A stretch of DNA of 64,000 nucleotides. Source: a virus (taxonomy: Duplodnaviria > Caudoviricetes). Numbering within the stretch: position 1 is the first letter of the stretch; each line of letters starts with the position of its first letter. The notes under the pieces were generated by a model that had not been told where the DNA came from, did not search any database, and saw only the letters and a list, made by a program, of their open reading frames with translations. The stretch is from IMG/VR virus record IMGVR_UViG_3300044655_001017. One strand, given 5' to 3'. The translations under genes and the position numbers were made by a program. Shown piece after piece: positions 11,142 through 21,912 of the stretch.

Positions 11142-12197
11142 ATGGCATACGCAGATAATAACCTTATAAAAACAGATCCATTTCAACAAATAAGATGTCA
11201 ACAACACGCGTCTAGGACGTTTGTTGACGACAGTTTTAGATTACTTCCAAAAAACAAGTTCTTATTCCACGTTGCATTTAATATCAACTGGCCGGCATTT
11301 AAGGGTAAAAATCTTAATTTTAGTTTACTAGAAACTCTTAAAGACGAAATTAACTTATTAGTTAAGTCAGTTGATTTACCTGCATATACGGTTACCCACG
11401 AAACATTAAATCAATACAATAGAAAGAAAGTAGTTCAGTGTCAGCACAAGTACGGCGAGTCATCAATTTCATTTCATGATGACAACATGGGATTAATAAA
11501 TCAATTATGGCAAGCATACTACAAATATCATTATTCTGACCCAACAGTTGCAACTGCAAAGGGTGCATACAATAAAACTGCAACTAAACCGTCATCGTAT
11601 ATTAAAAATCCATACGGTTATAACGGCCGAATTGCACCATTTTTTAATTACATTACTATATACCAAATGGCTAGACATGAATATGTTAGTTATACATTAG
11701 TTAACCCAATTATTACATCGTGGACTGGTGGAAAGGTTGCTTATTCGGAAACTTCTTCATCGCACGGATTTGAAATGAAACTTGCATATGAAGCAGTATC
11801 GTACGATACTGGATATGTAGACTCTGGAAGAATGGAAGGGTTTGGATCGTCTCATTACGATTGGACTCCGTCACCATTAACAACTGATCAGTCGTTAGAT
11901 ATTAACACATCAACATCACCATCATTTGCTAGAACAGGCGGGTTTGGCTCATCTGACTCTACATCAGCAACTAACACTAATAATACTACTGCTGCTCAGA
12001 AATCTGCAGCTGCTAGTAAAAGTGCTGCATTTAATAACGCAGCATCGGGACTTACAACCGGCAGTTTACAAGGAGTCTCTCTTCCGCAATCGTCAGCATT
12101 ATCAAGAACCCAAGCAGCGCAAGTTAATTTGTTGCAGACAGTAGTACCAAGAACAACAACTAACACTATTGCTCCAGAATATACCGTAGGACAATAA
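11142..12197 (+). CDS. Tube-like baseplate/tail tube initiator protein (gp48/gp54-like)
   Basis: LLVKSVDLPAYTV..ETLNQYNRK and F.YITIYQ...YTLVNPII tube-fold motifs. Confidence 0.55.
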   Translation: MAYADNNLIKTDPFQQIRCQQHASRTFVDDSFRLLPKNKFLFHVAFNINWPAFKGKNLNFSLLETLKDEINLLVKSVDLPAYTVTHETLNQYNRKKVVQCQHKYGESSISFHDDNMGLINQLWQAYYKYHYSDPTVATAKGAYNKTATKPSSYIKNPYGYNGRIAPFFNYITIYQMARHEYVSYTLVNPIITSWTGGKVAYSETSSSHGFEMKLAYEAVSYDTGYVDSGRMEGFGSSHYDWTPSPLTTDQSLDINTSTSPSFARTGGFGSSDSTSATNTNNTTAAQKSAAASKSAAFNNAASGLTTGSLQGVSLPQSSALSRTQAAQVNLLQTVVPRTTTNTIAPEYTVGQ

Positions 12198-12199
12198 CA

Positions 12200-12568
12200 A
12201 TGATTACTAATTTACCAACTCCGGCCCAAGCAGCTAGCGAAACTGAAATTAAACAATTCTTTGATAAATTTTATACAACTGAAGTATCATTTCCTGCTGC
12301 AGAAATTGATGCAGTAATTGGTTTTTTTCAACGTCGTGAATTTGATATTACGAGTGCTAGATCTATTGCAATCGTACTTTTAAATCAAGCTAGATCTGAT
12401 GACGTAAATGTGTTTACGTTATTAGAAACTCTTAAATCTATACCAACTATGCAACTGTCGTCAGTAGTTGCTCAAATTTTAAATTCATATCGAGAAAAAA
12501 CAAGTTTAGTTGGCTATCGCACTAGTATAAGTGATAACTCGTACGAAACGAGAAATATCTTAGTATGA
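12200..12568 (+). CDS. Hypothetical (probable virion) protein
   Basis: 122 aa ORF in structural operon. Confidence 0.5.
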   Translation: MITNLPTPAQAASETEIKQFFDKFYTTEVSFPAAEIDAVIGFFQRREFDITSARSIAIVLLNQARSDDVNVFTLLETLKSIPTMQLSSVVAQILNSYREKTSLVGYRTSISDNSYETRNILV

Positions 12569-13005
12569 GCAGTCGTAAATTTGCTAAAGGTAAATACACA
12601 CCTAAAAATCCAGGAAAGTATGTAGGAACGAAAACTCCATATTACAGAAGCTCATGGGAAATGAGTTTTATGAATATGTGCGATACTAATCCTGCTATAC
12701 AAAAGTGGGCAAGCGAAGCAATAACTATACCATATAGAGATCCATTAACTAATCGTAATACAATTTATCTTCCAGATTTTTTTATACAATACATAGATAA
12801 AAATCATATTATTCACAACGAAGTAATTGAAATAAAACCCGCAAGTCAACACATATTAGAACGTGTTGGTAAAAACAAATACAACCAAGCACAGTATATT
12901 AAAAATCAAGCTAAATGGGCAGCAGCAATGTCCTACTGTAAACAGAATGGGTTAGTATTTAGAGTCATAAATGAAAATGATATTTTTCATAACGGTTCTA
13001 AATAA
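12565..13005 (+). CDS. gp4: Head completion nuclease, T4 gp4-like
   Basis: YRSSWE..FM..CD, KWASE, IPY..P, YLPDF, EIKP. Confidence 0.85.
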   Translation: MSSRKFAKGKYTPKNPGKYVGTKTPYYRSSWEMSFMNMCDTNPAIQKWASEAITIPYRDPLTNRNTIYLPDFFIQYIDKNHIIHNEVIEIKPASQHILERVGKNKYNQAQYIKNQAKWAAAMSYCKQNGLVFRVINENDIFHNGSK

Positions 13006-13036
13006 CTTAAATAGTTATACTATATGAGGATAATTC

Positions 13037-13513
13037 ATGACCCGCAAATTGGAAGAGCTCCTAAACTTACCAGAAAGTAAAACAATTATAAAAGACGATA
13101 CACCTGCCCCACCACCTGCTACTGTTCCTCTATTTAGAAATATGGATGAATTTGACAAAATATCTGCGGCATTACCTCAAGTAAAAGGCCTAGGCGATAT
13201 TAGTGATTCTGAGTTTGATGCGCTAGCACAGCGTGCAACTGATGCATATGACGACTTAATGGATTTAGGAATGAATGTTGAAGCACGGTATAGCGGCCGC
13301 GTATTTGAAGTAGCAGCAAGTATGCTTAAAAATGCAATTGATGCAAAATCTGCTAAAATAGATAAAAAACTTAAAATGATTGATCTTCAACTTAAAAAAC
13401 AAAAGTTAGACAGTGATACACATCCTGAAGATACTGGCGTTAACATTCAAGGTGACGGCTATATTGTTACAGATAGGAATAGTCTTATCGAAAAATTAAA
13501 GAATATGAAATAA
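13037..13513 (+). CDS. Probable terminase small subunit
   Basis: Helical 158 aa protein near terL ending in RNSLIEKLK; inference only. Confidence 0.4.
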   Translation: MTRKLEELLNLPESKTIIKDDTPAPPPATVPLFRNMDEFDKISAALPQVKGLGDISDSEFDALAQRATDAYDDLMDLGMNVEARYSGRVFEVAASMLKNAIDAKSAKIDKKLKMIDLQLKKQKLDSDTHPEDTGVNIQGDGYIVTDRNSLIEKLKNMK

Positions 13514-13534
13514 ATATAGTATCAAGGATATATT

Positions 13535-14158
13535 ATGAAATCATTTACACAACATTTACTAGAATCAAAACAAGTTTATGAATTTAAAATTAAAATTGCA
13601 GGAGAACCTGCAGATGAACAAATTAATAAACTTAAATGTGCATTAGAAAAATTCACAGTTGAATCTTTTTCAGAAGGCACCCGCACACCTATTCAAGAGT
13701 CTCACGTTGATTTTCCAGATCACGAAAACATTAACGTATCAACTTATAATGTTACATTAACTTATCCTGCAACTAGTTTTCAAATAAGATACCTAGCTGC
13801 AGAAGCAATGAATGTATCGCAAAGTTGTGTAAGGGTGCGAAATCTTAGAGAAGACGCCGAAACTGATATCAACCATGCGCATGATATAAAAACAGGTGAA
13901 TCATTATTAGGTAAAGATTATAACAAAGAAAATAATCAAAATTTAGTAGGTGAAACCCATAAGCTAGCATTATTAAAAGAATTAAGCAAGGTTAAACATC
14001 AAGGTGAGCAATACAAAGGTGTTAACGATAAATTGTTAGCAAAAAAAGCACCTGTTGAAAAAACAACAGCTGCAAAAGTTGATAAAACACTTGGAATAAT
14101 TAGCCCAATTGGATCTAGACAAGTTACGTTGCCAACTTCTAAAACAGGAAACTACTAA
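13535..14158 (+). CDS. Hypothetical late protein with capsid-targeting-like N-terminus
   Basis: Late promoter at 13510; starts MKSFTQHLLE. Confidence 0.5.
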   Translation: MKSFTQHLLESKQVYEFKIKIAGEPADEQINKLKCALEKFTVESFSEGTRTPIQESHVDFPDHENINVSTYNVTLTYPATSFQIRYLAAEAMNVSQSCVRVRNLREDAETDINHAHDIKTGESLLGKDYNKENNQNLVGETHKLALLKELSKVKHQGEQYKGVNDKLLAKKAPVEKTTAAKVDKTLGIISPIGSRQVTLPTSKTGNY

Positions 14159-15012
14159 TGGATTTTAAAGAATTAATGCAAAAAATGCAACAAATTGATG
14201 AAGGGTTAACTATAGACCCTGCAATGGAAGAATGTGATGGAATGCCTGCAGCTATTATTCAAGGTGGACATCCACCTGAAGAATCATTAAACATGAACCT
14301 TACTATTAATAGTAAAGGTGCAGATGGCATTCGTGAATTAATAGATGTATTAAAAGGTATTGGCAGCAACAATGATCCAACTGATGACCAACATGACGAT
14401 AGTGAAATTGTCATTGGCGATAATTATGAGAATTCAGTTGACGATGATGCCGGTCCGCATACATACGGAACTGATGCAGTTATCTTTAAAGGTAACGACA
14501 TGCACAACAAAGGTAGAAAATCACTTAAGGTAAATGGTGGAGAAAATCCACAATTTCACGAATCAATAATTTCTAATCTTTCTGCGTTATACGAAGAAAT
14601 TAAAGGTCGTACTGCATTATCTGAAATGTCTCCTGAAGAAAAACAAGCTGCTCAAGATGCGTTCTTTGCTAAAGGCGGCACTGTAACACATGGAAAAAGT
14701 AAAAGAACTAAAAAAGATCGAATGATAGGTCGCCTTCCTGGAGAACACGAAAGTGGGGTTCTTCATTCTGTTGATGCAAAAGTTCCACCTAGACGTGCAT
14801 CTAGACACGACCATGTTAATGTTGCTAGTAAAAAAGGAGAGATTACACCGGATTGGGAAGACAGATTAAATAGATTAGCAGCAGTTGGTGATGAAGATCG
14901 AGCACGCAAGGCAGCTGAACGTGATGCAAAAGATCGTGAAGATAAAGACAATGAAATGAAATCATTTAAAAAGTTACAACGCCTTAACAGATCATTAGTT
15001 AAAGACTTATAA
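14158..15012 (+). CDS. Hypothetical late protein with SutA-like motif
   Basis: 284 aa; contains QAAQDAFFAKGGTVTHG. Confidence 0.5.
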   Translation: MDFKELMQKMQQIDEGLTIDPAMEECDGMPAAIIQGGHPPEESLNMNLTINSKGADGIRELIDVLKGIGSNNDPTDDQHDDSEIVIGDNYENSVDDDAGPHTYGTDAVIFKGNDMHNKGRKSLKVNGGENPQFHESIISNLSALYEEIKGRTALSEMSPEEKQAAQDAFFAKGGTVTHGKSKRTKKDRMIGRLPGEHESGVLHSVDAKVPPRRASRHDHVNVASKKGEITPDWEDRLNRLAAVGDEDRARKAAERDAKDREDKDNEMKSFKKLQRLNRSLVKDL

Positions 15013-15033
15013 GTTAACTTAATCATAACTCAT

Positions 15034-15060
15034 AAAGCGGACATATTGTCCGCTTTTTTT
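15034..15060 (+). terminator. Rho-independent terminator
   Basis: aaagcggac-atatt-gtccgcttttttt. Confidence 0.85.
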
Positions 15061-15091
15061 TGTAAATACATAATACAAAAAAGGATTATAT

Positions 15092-16018
15092 ATGGGTAAA
15101 TCGCTAGACGGTGTCCTTACAAAAAAAGCACACAAGACTGAAAAATTTGATGAGCAACAAATTAATGACATGCTGTTGTGTTCTGATACAGCTAACGGAT
15201 TTTTACATTTTTCAAGAAAATTCTTTCATATCCAACACTCGGTAAAAGGTAAACTATTATTTCAGCCATTTGATTATCAAGTTAATCTGTTAAATTGCTA
15301 TCATGATCATCGTTTTAATATCAATATGTTACCTCGTCAAAGTGGTAAAACAACCTGTGCATCTGCGTACTTGTTATGGTTTGCAATGTTTCATCCAGAT
15401 CAAACTATTCTAATTGCAGCGCACAAATATACTGGTGCTCAAGAGATTATGCAACGTATACGATACGGATACGAACTATGTCCGGACTTCTTACGTGCAG
15501 GGGTAGTAAGTTATAATAAAGGGTCTATGGAGTTTGATAACGGTTCTCGTATTGTAAGTCAAACTACTACTGGTACTACAGGACGAGGTATGTCTATTTC
15601 GTTATTGTATTGCGATGAGTTTGCGTTCTTACAACCTAACATTGCTGAAGAATTTTGGACTTCTATATCACCCACACTAGCAACTGGTGGACGTTGTATT
15701 ATTACATCTACACCAAATAGTGACGAAGATCAATTTGCTACTATATGGAAAGAAAGTCAACAGTTTTTTGACGAGTTTGGCAATGAGAAAGCAGACAAAG
15801 TTGGCATTAACGGTTTTTCTGGATTTAGATCAGATTGGTGGGATCATCCAGATCGTGACGATGCATGGAAACAAGAAGAGCTTGGTCGTATAGGTGAGGA
15901 AAAGTTTAGACGTGAATACGGTTGTATTGTGCATGATTCAGTTGTAACTGTTAAATGGCCATCTGGAAAAATTGAAAAACTAACAATGGGCGATATTATG
16001 CGATTATTAAGTTCATAG
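15092..16018 (+). CDS. terL: Terminase large subunit N-terminal (ATPase) fragment fused to 31-aa N-intein
   Basis: PRQSGKT Walker A, LLYCDEFAF Walker B, ITSTPN; ends REYG|CIVHDSVVTVK...LLSS (intein block A from 15923). Confidence 0.93.
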   Translation: MGKSLDGVLTKKAHKTEKFDEQQINDMLLCSDTANGFLHFSRKFFHIQHSVKGKLLFQPFDYQVNLLNCYHDHRFNINMLPRQSGKTTCASAYLLWFAMFHPDQTILIAAHKYTGAQEIMQRIRYGYELCPDFLRAGVVSYNKGSMEFDNGSRIVSQTTTGTTGRGMSISLLYCDEFAFLQPNIAEEFWTSISPTLATGGRCIITSTPNSDEDQFATIWKESQQFFDEFGNEKADKVGINGFSGFRSDWWDHPDRDDAWKQEELGRIGEEKFRREYGCIVHDSVVTVKWPSGKIEKLTMGDIMRLLSS

Positions 16019-16029
16019 TATATGACGAA

Positions 16030-16824
16030 ATGATAAATACTAGCATGTATTATGTATATATTTATAAAACCCCAATTAACATCACAGTAAGTTATATGAG
16101 TATTTTAGCAAATCAACCTTTTTATATTGGGAAGGGCCACGGTAGGCGATATAAAGATCATTTATCAGAAACTGCAGAAACTACGTGTAATCATTTAAAA
16201 GTTGCGGTAATTTCTAGATTAGTCGCGCAAAATCTAACTCCAGTTATAGAAATGTATCAAACTGAGTTAACAGATGCTGCAGCAAAGGCTCTTGAAATTG
16301 ATCTGATTAACCAGTACGGCCGATTAATTGATCATGCCGGCCCGTTAACAAATAAAACACTAGGCGGAGATGGGTGTACTGGATTTAAACATACTGAAGA
16401 AACCAAACAATTAATGAGTATTCAGAGAAAAGGAACCATTCCATATAATAAAGGTATCGCTCGTCCAGGAATTGGTGGACGTACATTAGGTACTAAATGG
16501 TCTGAATCTGAAAGAGAAACTCAACTGTTAGTTAGAAGCCAACCAGGTTATTATGAGTTTAACAAATGTCCTATAAGAGCAAAAAAAATAAGTGACTCCA
16601 AAAAAGGAAAACCTGGATCAGCAAAAGACAAACAATGGTTTAATAATGGAGTTATTGAGACCTATAAAGATATATGCCCTGACGGATTTGTTAAGGGAAG
16701 ACTTCCTAGATTACAAATATCAAAGAGAGGCATGTGTTGGTATAATAATGGAGTAATTAACAAACAATTTAAAGAAGGAACAGAACTTGATGGATTTACA
16801 CGCGGAAGAATTAATAAAAAATAA
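16030..16824 (+). mobile_element. Free-standing GIY-YIG homing endonuclease (probable start ATG 16045)
   Basis: YYVYIY...FYIGKG..RRYKDH, LTNKTLGGDG, NUMOD3-like HTEETKQLMS; own ATAAATA promoter at 16033. Confidence 0.88.
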
Positions 16825-17899
16825 GTTAGGATTAACGGTGCTAACTGACACCGGCTGGAGCAAGTTTGACGGAATCTTAGTTAAAGGTGTTAAAAAGATA
16901 CTTCATGTAACTACACAACGTCATTCACTTAAAAGCACTCCTGATCATAAATATTTTCTTAATGGGTTTAAACCGATAGAAGGTAGATTATTATTGCCTA
17001 AACAAAAAATTTTAGTTAATGGCAAACTTGATAATGTCGTGTCTGTTAAGTGGCTGTTAGATGAAGAACCAGTATACGATCTGTTTAATGTTGAACAGAA
17101 TCACAGGTATTATGCAAATAACGTTCTAATCAAAAATTGCGAATTTTTAGTATACGACGAAACTCTTATTAACAGTTTAAAATTAGTAGAGTTATACGGT
17201 AAAGAACCACTAATGAAAATGGGGCAAGTGCGATGGTATAAAAAACCAACTGCAGGTAATTTATATTTAATTGCGTTAGATCCTAGTTTAGGAACAGGTG
17301 GGGACTATTCGGCAATATCAGTATTTGAATTACCATCAATGGTGCAAGTTGCAGAATGGCATCATAACATTACTCCTATACAAGGACAGGTAAAGTTATT
17401 TAGAGATATATTATTATATATACAAGATGAAATTGGATCAGATCAGTATAATTCAATATATTGGTCAGTAGAAAATAATACAGTAGGTGAGAGCGCATTA
17501 GTAGTAATTGACAATTTAGGAGAAGAAACATTTCCGGGATTATTTGTAAGTGAACCGGGCAGAAAGGGGCATGTTCGTAAGTTTCGCAAAGGATTTAACA
17601 CAACTTTTAATAATAAAATAGCTGCATGTTCAAAATTAAAATATTTTGTTGAAGAAGATAAAATGGTTATTAATAGTAAACCATTAATAACTGAATTAAA
17701 ATCTTTTATTGCACATGGCATTAGTTTTAAAGGTAAACCGGGCCAGCATGATGATTTAGTAGCAGCATTATTACTAATAGTAAGAATGATTGATATACTA
17801 GCAGAATGGGATCCGTTAGTGTTTGAAAAAATGCGGATTGAAGATCGAATTGAGGACTGGGAAGCACCTCTACCAATATTTGTTTCCTCTAATATGTGA
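16790..17899 (+). CDS. terL: 116-aa C-intein fused to terminase large subunit C-terminal (nuclease) fragment
   Basis: TPDH (block B), VYDL (F), YYANNVLIKN|CEF (G, ends 17137); then ALDPSLGTGGDYS, VENN, HDDLV; AAGGA RBS upstream. Confidence 0.9.
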   Translation: MDLHAEELIKNKLGLTVLTDTGWSKFDGILVKGVKKILHVTTQRHSLKSTPDHKYFLNGFKPIEGRLLLPKQKILVNGKLDNVVSVKWLLDEEPVYDLFNVEQNHRYYANNVLIKNCEFLVYDETLINSLKLVELYGKEPLMKMGQVRWYKKPTAGNLYLIALDPSLGTGGDYSAISVFELPSMVQVAEWHHNITPIQGQVKLFRDILLYIQDEIGSDQYNSIYWSVENNTVGESALVVIDNLGEETFPGLFVSEPGRKGHVRKFRKGFNTTFNNKIAACSKLKYFVEEDKMVINSKPLITELKSFIAHGISFKGKPGQHDDLVAALLLIVRMIDILAEWDPLVFEKMRIEDRIEDWEAPLPIFVSSNM

Positions 17900-17910
17900 T
17901 AAATATAAAC

Positions 17911-20214
17911 ATGGACAATAATTTAGATAAAATCGCTTTAGACCTTTATGGTAAAATAGAAACACGTTTCTCAGATATTAAAATGGGTGACGAAAACGCA
18001 GAAGTATTAAGTAAAAAAGTTGACATCCCAAGAGCTCGATTTTTTGAGTTTGAATATACAGAAGACGGCGAACCACTTGGAACTATTACTATTACTTTAG
18101 ATAAAGATGACGGAGTTGTGTTGCAAGTTAGTGGAGATTTAGTAGATGATGATTCAAATACTACAAACCGCAGCGCATACAAATTTATAAGATCATTTAG
18201 AAAATTTGCTAAAAATCGCTTATTAAATTTTGATGTTCAAAACATTGGAAAGAGTAATTTAGACAAACGAGACTATCAGTTTCAAGCAAAACCCAAGGAA
18301 CAAACAATGATGGAAAGTAAAATGTTTGGTACTTCTAGAATAAGTTACCAAGACTTAGGTGAGGCTCGTTTAATAGTTAAACATACTCAACCTATTAATC
18401 CGGAGTTAGCCGCAGGACGCACTATGCATATTGAGTGTATATACATTGAAAATGCAGAAGGCGAAAGATTTAAATACCCTTATAAACATTTACCCGGCGC
18501 TCGTGCATTAGCAGAACATATTAAACACGGTGGAATTCCGTACGATGACATTGGTAAACACATTACTAAACTTAGTGAAGAATTAGCAAGTTTGCGTAAA
18601 TTTAAAGGCTACGTTAGTCGTCAGTCACAGATATCAGAAGCAATGGGAGATGTTACATCTCGTGTAATTGAACGCATTGAATCAGTTAAAAAAGAAATCA
18701 TTAGCTTACAACGTCCTGCATATTATCAACAATTTGCAGAATCATTTACTGCAAAAGAAGATCGTGCAATTCCAGAAACTATAATGAATGACTGGATTGA
18801 TCGATTGACAGTGCGCACATTTAATGAAGAAATGAAAACAGTATTTCCGTTCTTGTATAATATTATAGACGAAAGCGAATTACCAGTGTGTGAATTATCG
18901 TCAGATTACTTCTTAGATGAAAAAGCACCTAAAGGTTGGGAAGGTACTGTTAAAGCAATGAAGAAACACAAGGAAATAGATAATCCTTGGGCATTAGCAC
19001 ACTCAATGAAAAACAAAGGGTATAAAAGCCATAAGACAGAAACCTTTGATCCGGAGATTGCCTTTGAATCGTTTATTAATCGCATTATGCTTGAAGATAA
19101 AGATGAATTGTTTAGTCCAAATAAAGATGCACAAAAAGTTGCTATTGACAAATTAAATAAAATTTTAGAAAAAGAATTACGTGGCGGACCAGATGGTATT
19201 AATGCTATTGATAGCTTATCTGGGTTAATTGACGATACTGAATTTTTAGATTCATTAAAAGATATTGATCCTGATTTAGATGTACGTCCGTTAATTCAAC
19301 AATACGTAACACAAGTTGATCCGAGTATTGCCATCCAATTAAAATTTGGCGACGGCGAAGTAGGCGGACAAGATTTAGCACCTGCAGCTGATGGTGCAAC
19401 TGCACCTAGCAGCGCACCTGCACCAGGCGGCGAAGCTCCTCCAGACTTAGGTGGCGGAATGGGCGGCGGAATGGGCGGCGGAATGGGCGGCGGAATGCCT
19501 CCAGACTTAGGTGGTATGCCTCCGGAAGGTGAAGTTCCTCCAGAAGGTGAAGTTCCTCCAGAAGGCGCCCCTGCTCCGGAAGGTGAAGTTCCTCCAGCGC
19601 CAGGTACAGAACCTCCTGCACCTCCAGTAGCAGAAGGTATTAATCATAAAAAATCCAAAATTAAAGCTAAGTTTATTAAAGCAAAGGCTGCTGGCGCTAC
19701 ATTAGAAACAATGTTTGCAGAAGGTATGACTATTCGCGATGCACTTAGAGAAAGTGGATTAACTCCGTGCGAAGCCGGTTTTGGCGAATGTGAAATGGAG
19801 GACGACGATGGTAGTGCACCAGACGAAGAAAATATTTCCGGTAAAGAACAGATTTTAAATTCAATTGAAGGATTTTGGAATAAAGAAGAACGTAACTTTA
19901 CTATTGGCGGACAACAGGTTAAGAATAAGATTATTAAACGATTCAAAGACGGAGAATATAGTAATGCGTCAGAAGAAGATGTTAAGGAAATTTTACAAAA
20001 AGTTGATCAGCTAGATCCAAGCGAAGATGCTAGAGAACAAAATGATGTTTTACGATTAGCAGGAGTAAGTCATCAAAATTTAGATACTGATCAAATAGAC
20101 ATGGAAGGATTTGGTGGTAGACGTTTTGATAGTATTGACAAACAAAAAATGCGTAAAACAATGAGGAATAATCATGAAACAAATTTTAAAAATCGATTCA
20201 ATAAATTCCGTTAA
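17911..20214 (+). CDS. Large conserved hypothetical protein with Pro/Gly-rich linker
   Basis: ~767 aa; late promoter at 17899. Confidence 0.55.
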   Translation: MDNNLDKIALDLYGKIETRFSDIKMGDENAEVLSKKVDIPRARFFEFEYTEDGEPLGTITITLDKDDGVVLQVSGDLVDDDSNTTNRSAYKFIRSFRKFAKNRLLNFDVQNIGKSNLDKRDYQFQAKPKEQTMMESKMFGTSRISYQDLGEARLIVKHTQPINPELAAGRTMHIECIYIENAEGERFKYPYKHLPGARALAEHIKHGGIPYDDIGKHITKLSEELASLRKFKGYVSRQSQISEAMGDVTSRVIERIESVKKEIISLQRPAYYQQFAESFTAKEDRAIPETIMNDWIDRLTVRTFNEEMKTVFPFLYNIIDESELPVCELSSDYFLDEKAPKGWEGTVKAMKKHKEIDNPWALAHSMKNKGYKSHKTETFDPEIAFESFINRIMLEDKDELFSPNKDAQKVAIDKLNKILEKELRGGPDGINAIDSLSGLIDDTEFLDSLKDIDPDLDVRPLIQQYVTQVDPSIAIQLKFGDGEVGGQDLAPAADGATAPSSAPAPGGEAPPDLGGGMGGGMGGGMGGGMPPDLGGMPPEGEVPPEGEVPPEGAPAPEGEVPPAPGTEPPAPPVAEGINHKKSKIKAKFIKAKAAGATLETMFAEGMTIRDALRESGLTPCEAGFGECEMEDDDGSAPDEENISGKEQILNSIEGFWNKEERNFTIGGQQVKNKIIKRFKDGEYSNASEEDVKEILQKVDQLDPSEDAREQNDVLRLAGVSHQNLDTDQIDMEGFGGRRFDSIDKQKMRKTMRNNHETNFKNRFNKFR
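19441..19620 (+). repeat. Coding tandem repeats (GGGM x4; EGEVPP x3)
   Basis: ggcggaatg-based and gaaggtgaagttcctcca repeats. Confidence 0.85.
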
Positions 20215-20587
20215 ATCTTTAAGAGAGATGATGGATGGCGTTGATGCACCTCCACATCCTGCAGGTCAACCTGCTTCAGCTAACGTTAAATTTGACCCTG
20301 CTGTTCAAAAACAACAATATGAATTGAGAGCAAAAGGCTATCCAGTTAAAACTAACGGTATTTTAGATGATGAAACTACTCAAGCACTTGATTGGGAACG
20401 TCAAAGTGCTGAAAGAGATGATCGTATTACTGGATATGACGAATTGAAAGCAGACATGGATCAATCTATTGCTCTGCCAGAACCTTTTGATAATCCGCAA
20501 GGTGATTTTGATCGTATGCCAGAATTAAATGAATCAACCGAACCAACCGAACTACATAGAATATTGCAAATTGCGCAATGGAGATAA
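20174..20587 (+). CDS. Protein with peptidoglycan-binding-like domain
   Basis: VQKQQYELRAKGY...NGILDDETTQAL fits the PG_binding_1 pattern. Confidence 0.55.
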   Translation: MKQILKIDSINSVKSLREMMDGVDAPPHPAGQPASANVKFDPAVQKQQYELRAKGYPVKTNGILDDETTQALDWERQSAERDDRITGYDELKADMDQSIALPEPFDNPQGDFDRMPELNESTEPTELHRILQIAQWR

Positions 20588-20588
20588 A

Positions 20589-21734
20589 ATGAAAAAAATT
20601 ACAGAAAACGCACTGTTATACAGAGTTAACCAATTAAGAGAAAAGATGGCATTTTATGAAGCTGTAGGTGATGGTAGCCAAACTCCAGTCGGCGGGTTAC
20701 CTAGTCAAACACCTAATAGACAAACACCGGGAAATCCTGGATACAACGTTAAACCTGCACCAGCAGAAAAAGCACCTGCAGCACCGGCAGGATCAGATGC
20801 AGTTACACCGCAGTTTCAATCACAAGCACCTGTAGCACAAGGGCAAACTACGCCGTCTAACTTATCTACCCAAGTAGCAGCTGCAGTACCTAATACATCA
20901 CCGGCGCATCAGCAAGTGCAACAGCAACAACAACAAGCTGATCAAACTGCAAGAGATTCTAAACAACCTGAAGGACATTTTTACGACCCTGCAGTAAACT
21001 TTGCAAAACGTGTAGGTGACAATCTTAGTTATGCTGTAGATCACGCAAGTGAACTTGGCCAAGGCGTAGGTCAAACTGCAGCAAACATGGCAAAAACTGT
21101 CGGTAATGCAGCCGGAGTTGCAGGCAATTTTATCGGCGGAGCAGTTAAAGGTGCTATGGGCGGCGGTGATACACAAGGTCAACAAAAAGTCGGAGCTAAC
21201 CAAGGTACACAAACTGGCGGAAAATGGCCAACTACTGATCCAGAAATTAGAGCATTCCAGAAAGCAAATGGGTTAAAAGCTGATGGTATGATCGGTGCTA
21301 ACACTATGGCTGCATTACAAAAGCAAGGTGTTCAACCACCTGCAGGATTTAAACCAGTTGCTAATAGACAACATACTGCACAACAAGGAACAGCAGCTAA
21401 ACCAGTAGCAGGTGCAGCACCAGTTGCTGGACAAGTAATGCCAAATGGGTCTGTTTCATCTGGTGACGCTGATCGTGATGAAAGACTCGCACAAGCTAAC
21501 CAAGTTATGAATATGACCTCTGATCAACGCCATGCCTTTGATATGGCTGCTGGACAAAAAGATTATGCAGCAACACATCCGGCCGCATCTGCAGCAAACA
21601 AAGCGCCAGTTGGTGGTCAAATGCAAAGCACAGGTGATCCAGTAAAAGATAGCGAATTATCAAAACAAGGTAATACTATTGTTTATAAAGAAGATCAAGA
21701 TTTAGCTAGAATTGTTCAATTAGTTAACTGGTAA
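20589..21734 (+). CDS. Low-complexity Gln/Ala-rich protein with peptidoglycan-binding domain
   Basis: IRAFQKANGLKADGMIGANTMAAL. Confidence 0.7.
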   Translation: MKKITENALLYRVNQLREKMAFYEAVGDGSQTPVGGLPSQTPNRQTPGNPGYNVKPAPAEKAPAAPAGSDAVTPQFQSQAPVAQGQTTPSNLSTQVAAAVPNTSPAHQQVQQQQQQADQTARDSKQPEGHFYDPAVNFAKRVGDNLSYAVDHASELGQGVGQTAANMAKTVGNAAGVAGNFIGGAVKGAMGGGDTQGQQKVGANQGTQTGGKWPTTDPEIRAFQKANGLKADGMIGANTMAALQKQGVQPPAGFKPVANRQHTAQQGTAAKPVAGAAPVAGQVMPNGSVSSGDADRDERLAQANQVMNMTSDQRHAFDMAAGQKDYAATHPAASAANKAPVGGQMQSTGDPVKDSELSKQGNTIVYKEDQDLARIVQLVNW

Positions 21735-21762
21735 AATAATTTGAAAAAGTGAAAGATTTCAC

Positions 21763-21791
21763 TTGCTCATATAAATAATAGAGTATATAAT
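21763..21791 (+). promoter_or_regulatory. Nested early and late promoter for gp32
   Basis: TTGCTC-N17-TATAAT with TATAAATA (21770-21777) inside the spacer. Confidence 0.7.
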
Positions 21792-21912
21792 AAGCACATA
21801 CTTTAATAGTAATGCATTATATATTAACGTATAAAACATTAAAAAACACAATAGGCTTATAACACACAGATTTATTTCTGTGTGTTAACTCAAAACACAA
21901 TAGGAAATTACA

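Noticed and set aside
15092-17899. terL as a pseudogene, frameshift or group I intron
   Set aside because: Both fragments carry complementary intact intein blocks and the second has its own RBS; no intron core recognised by eye.
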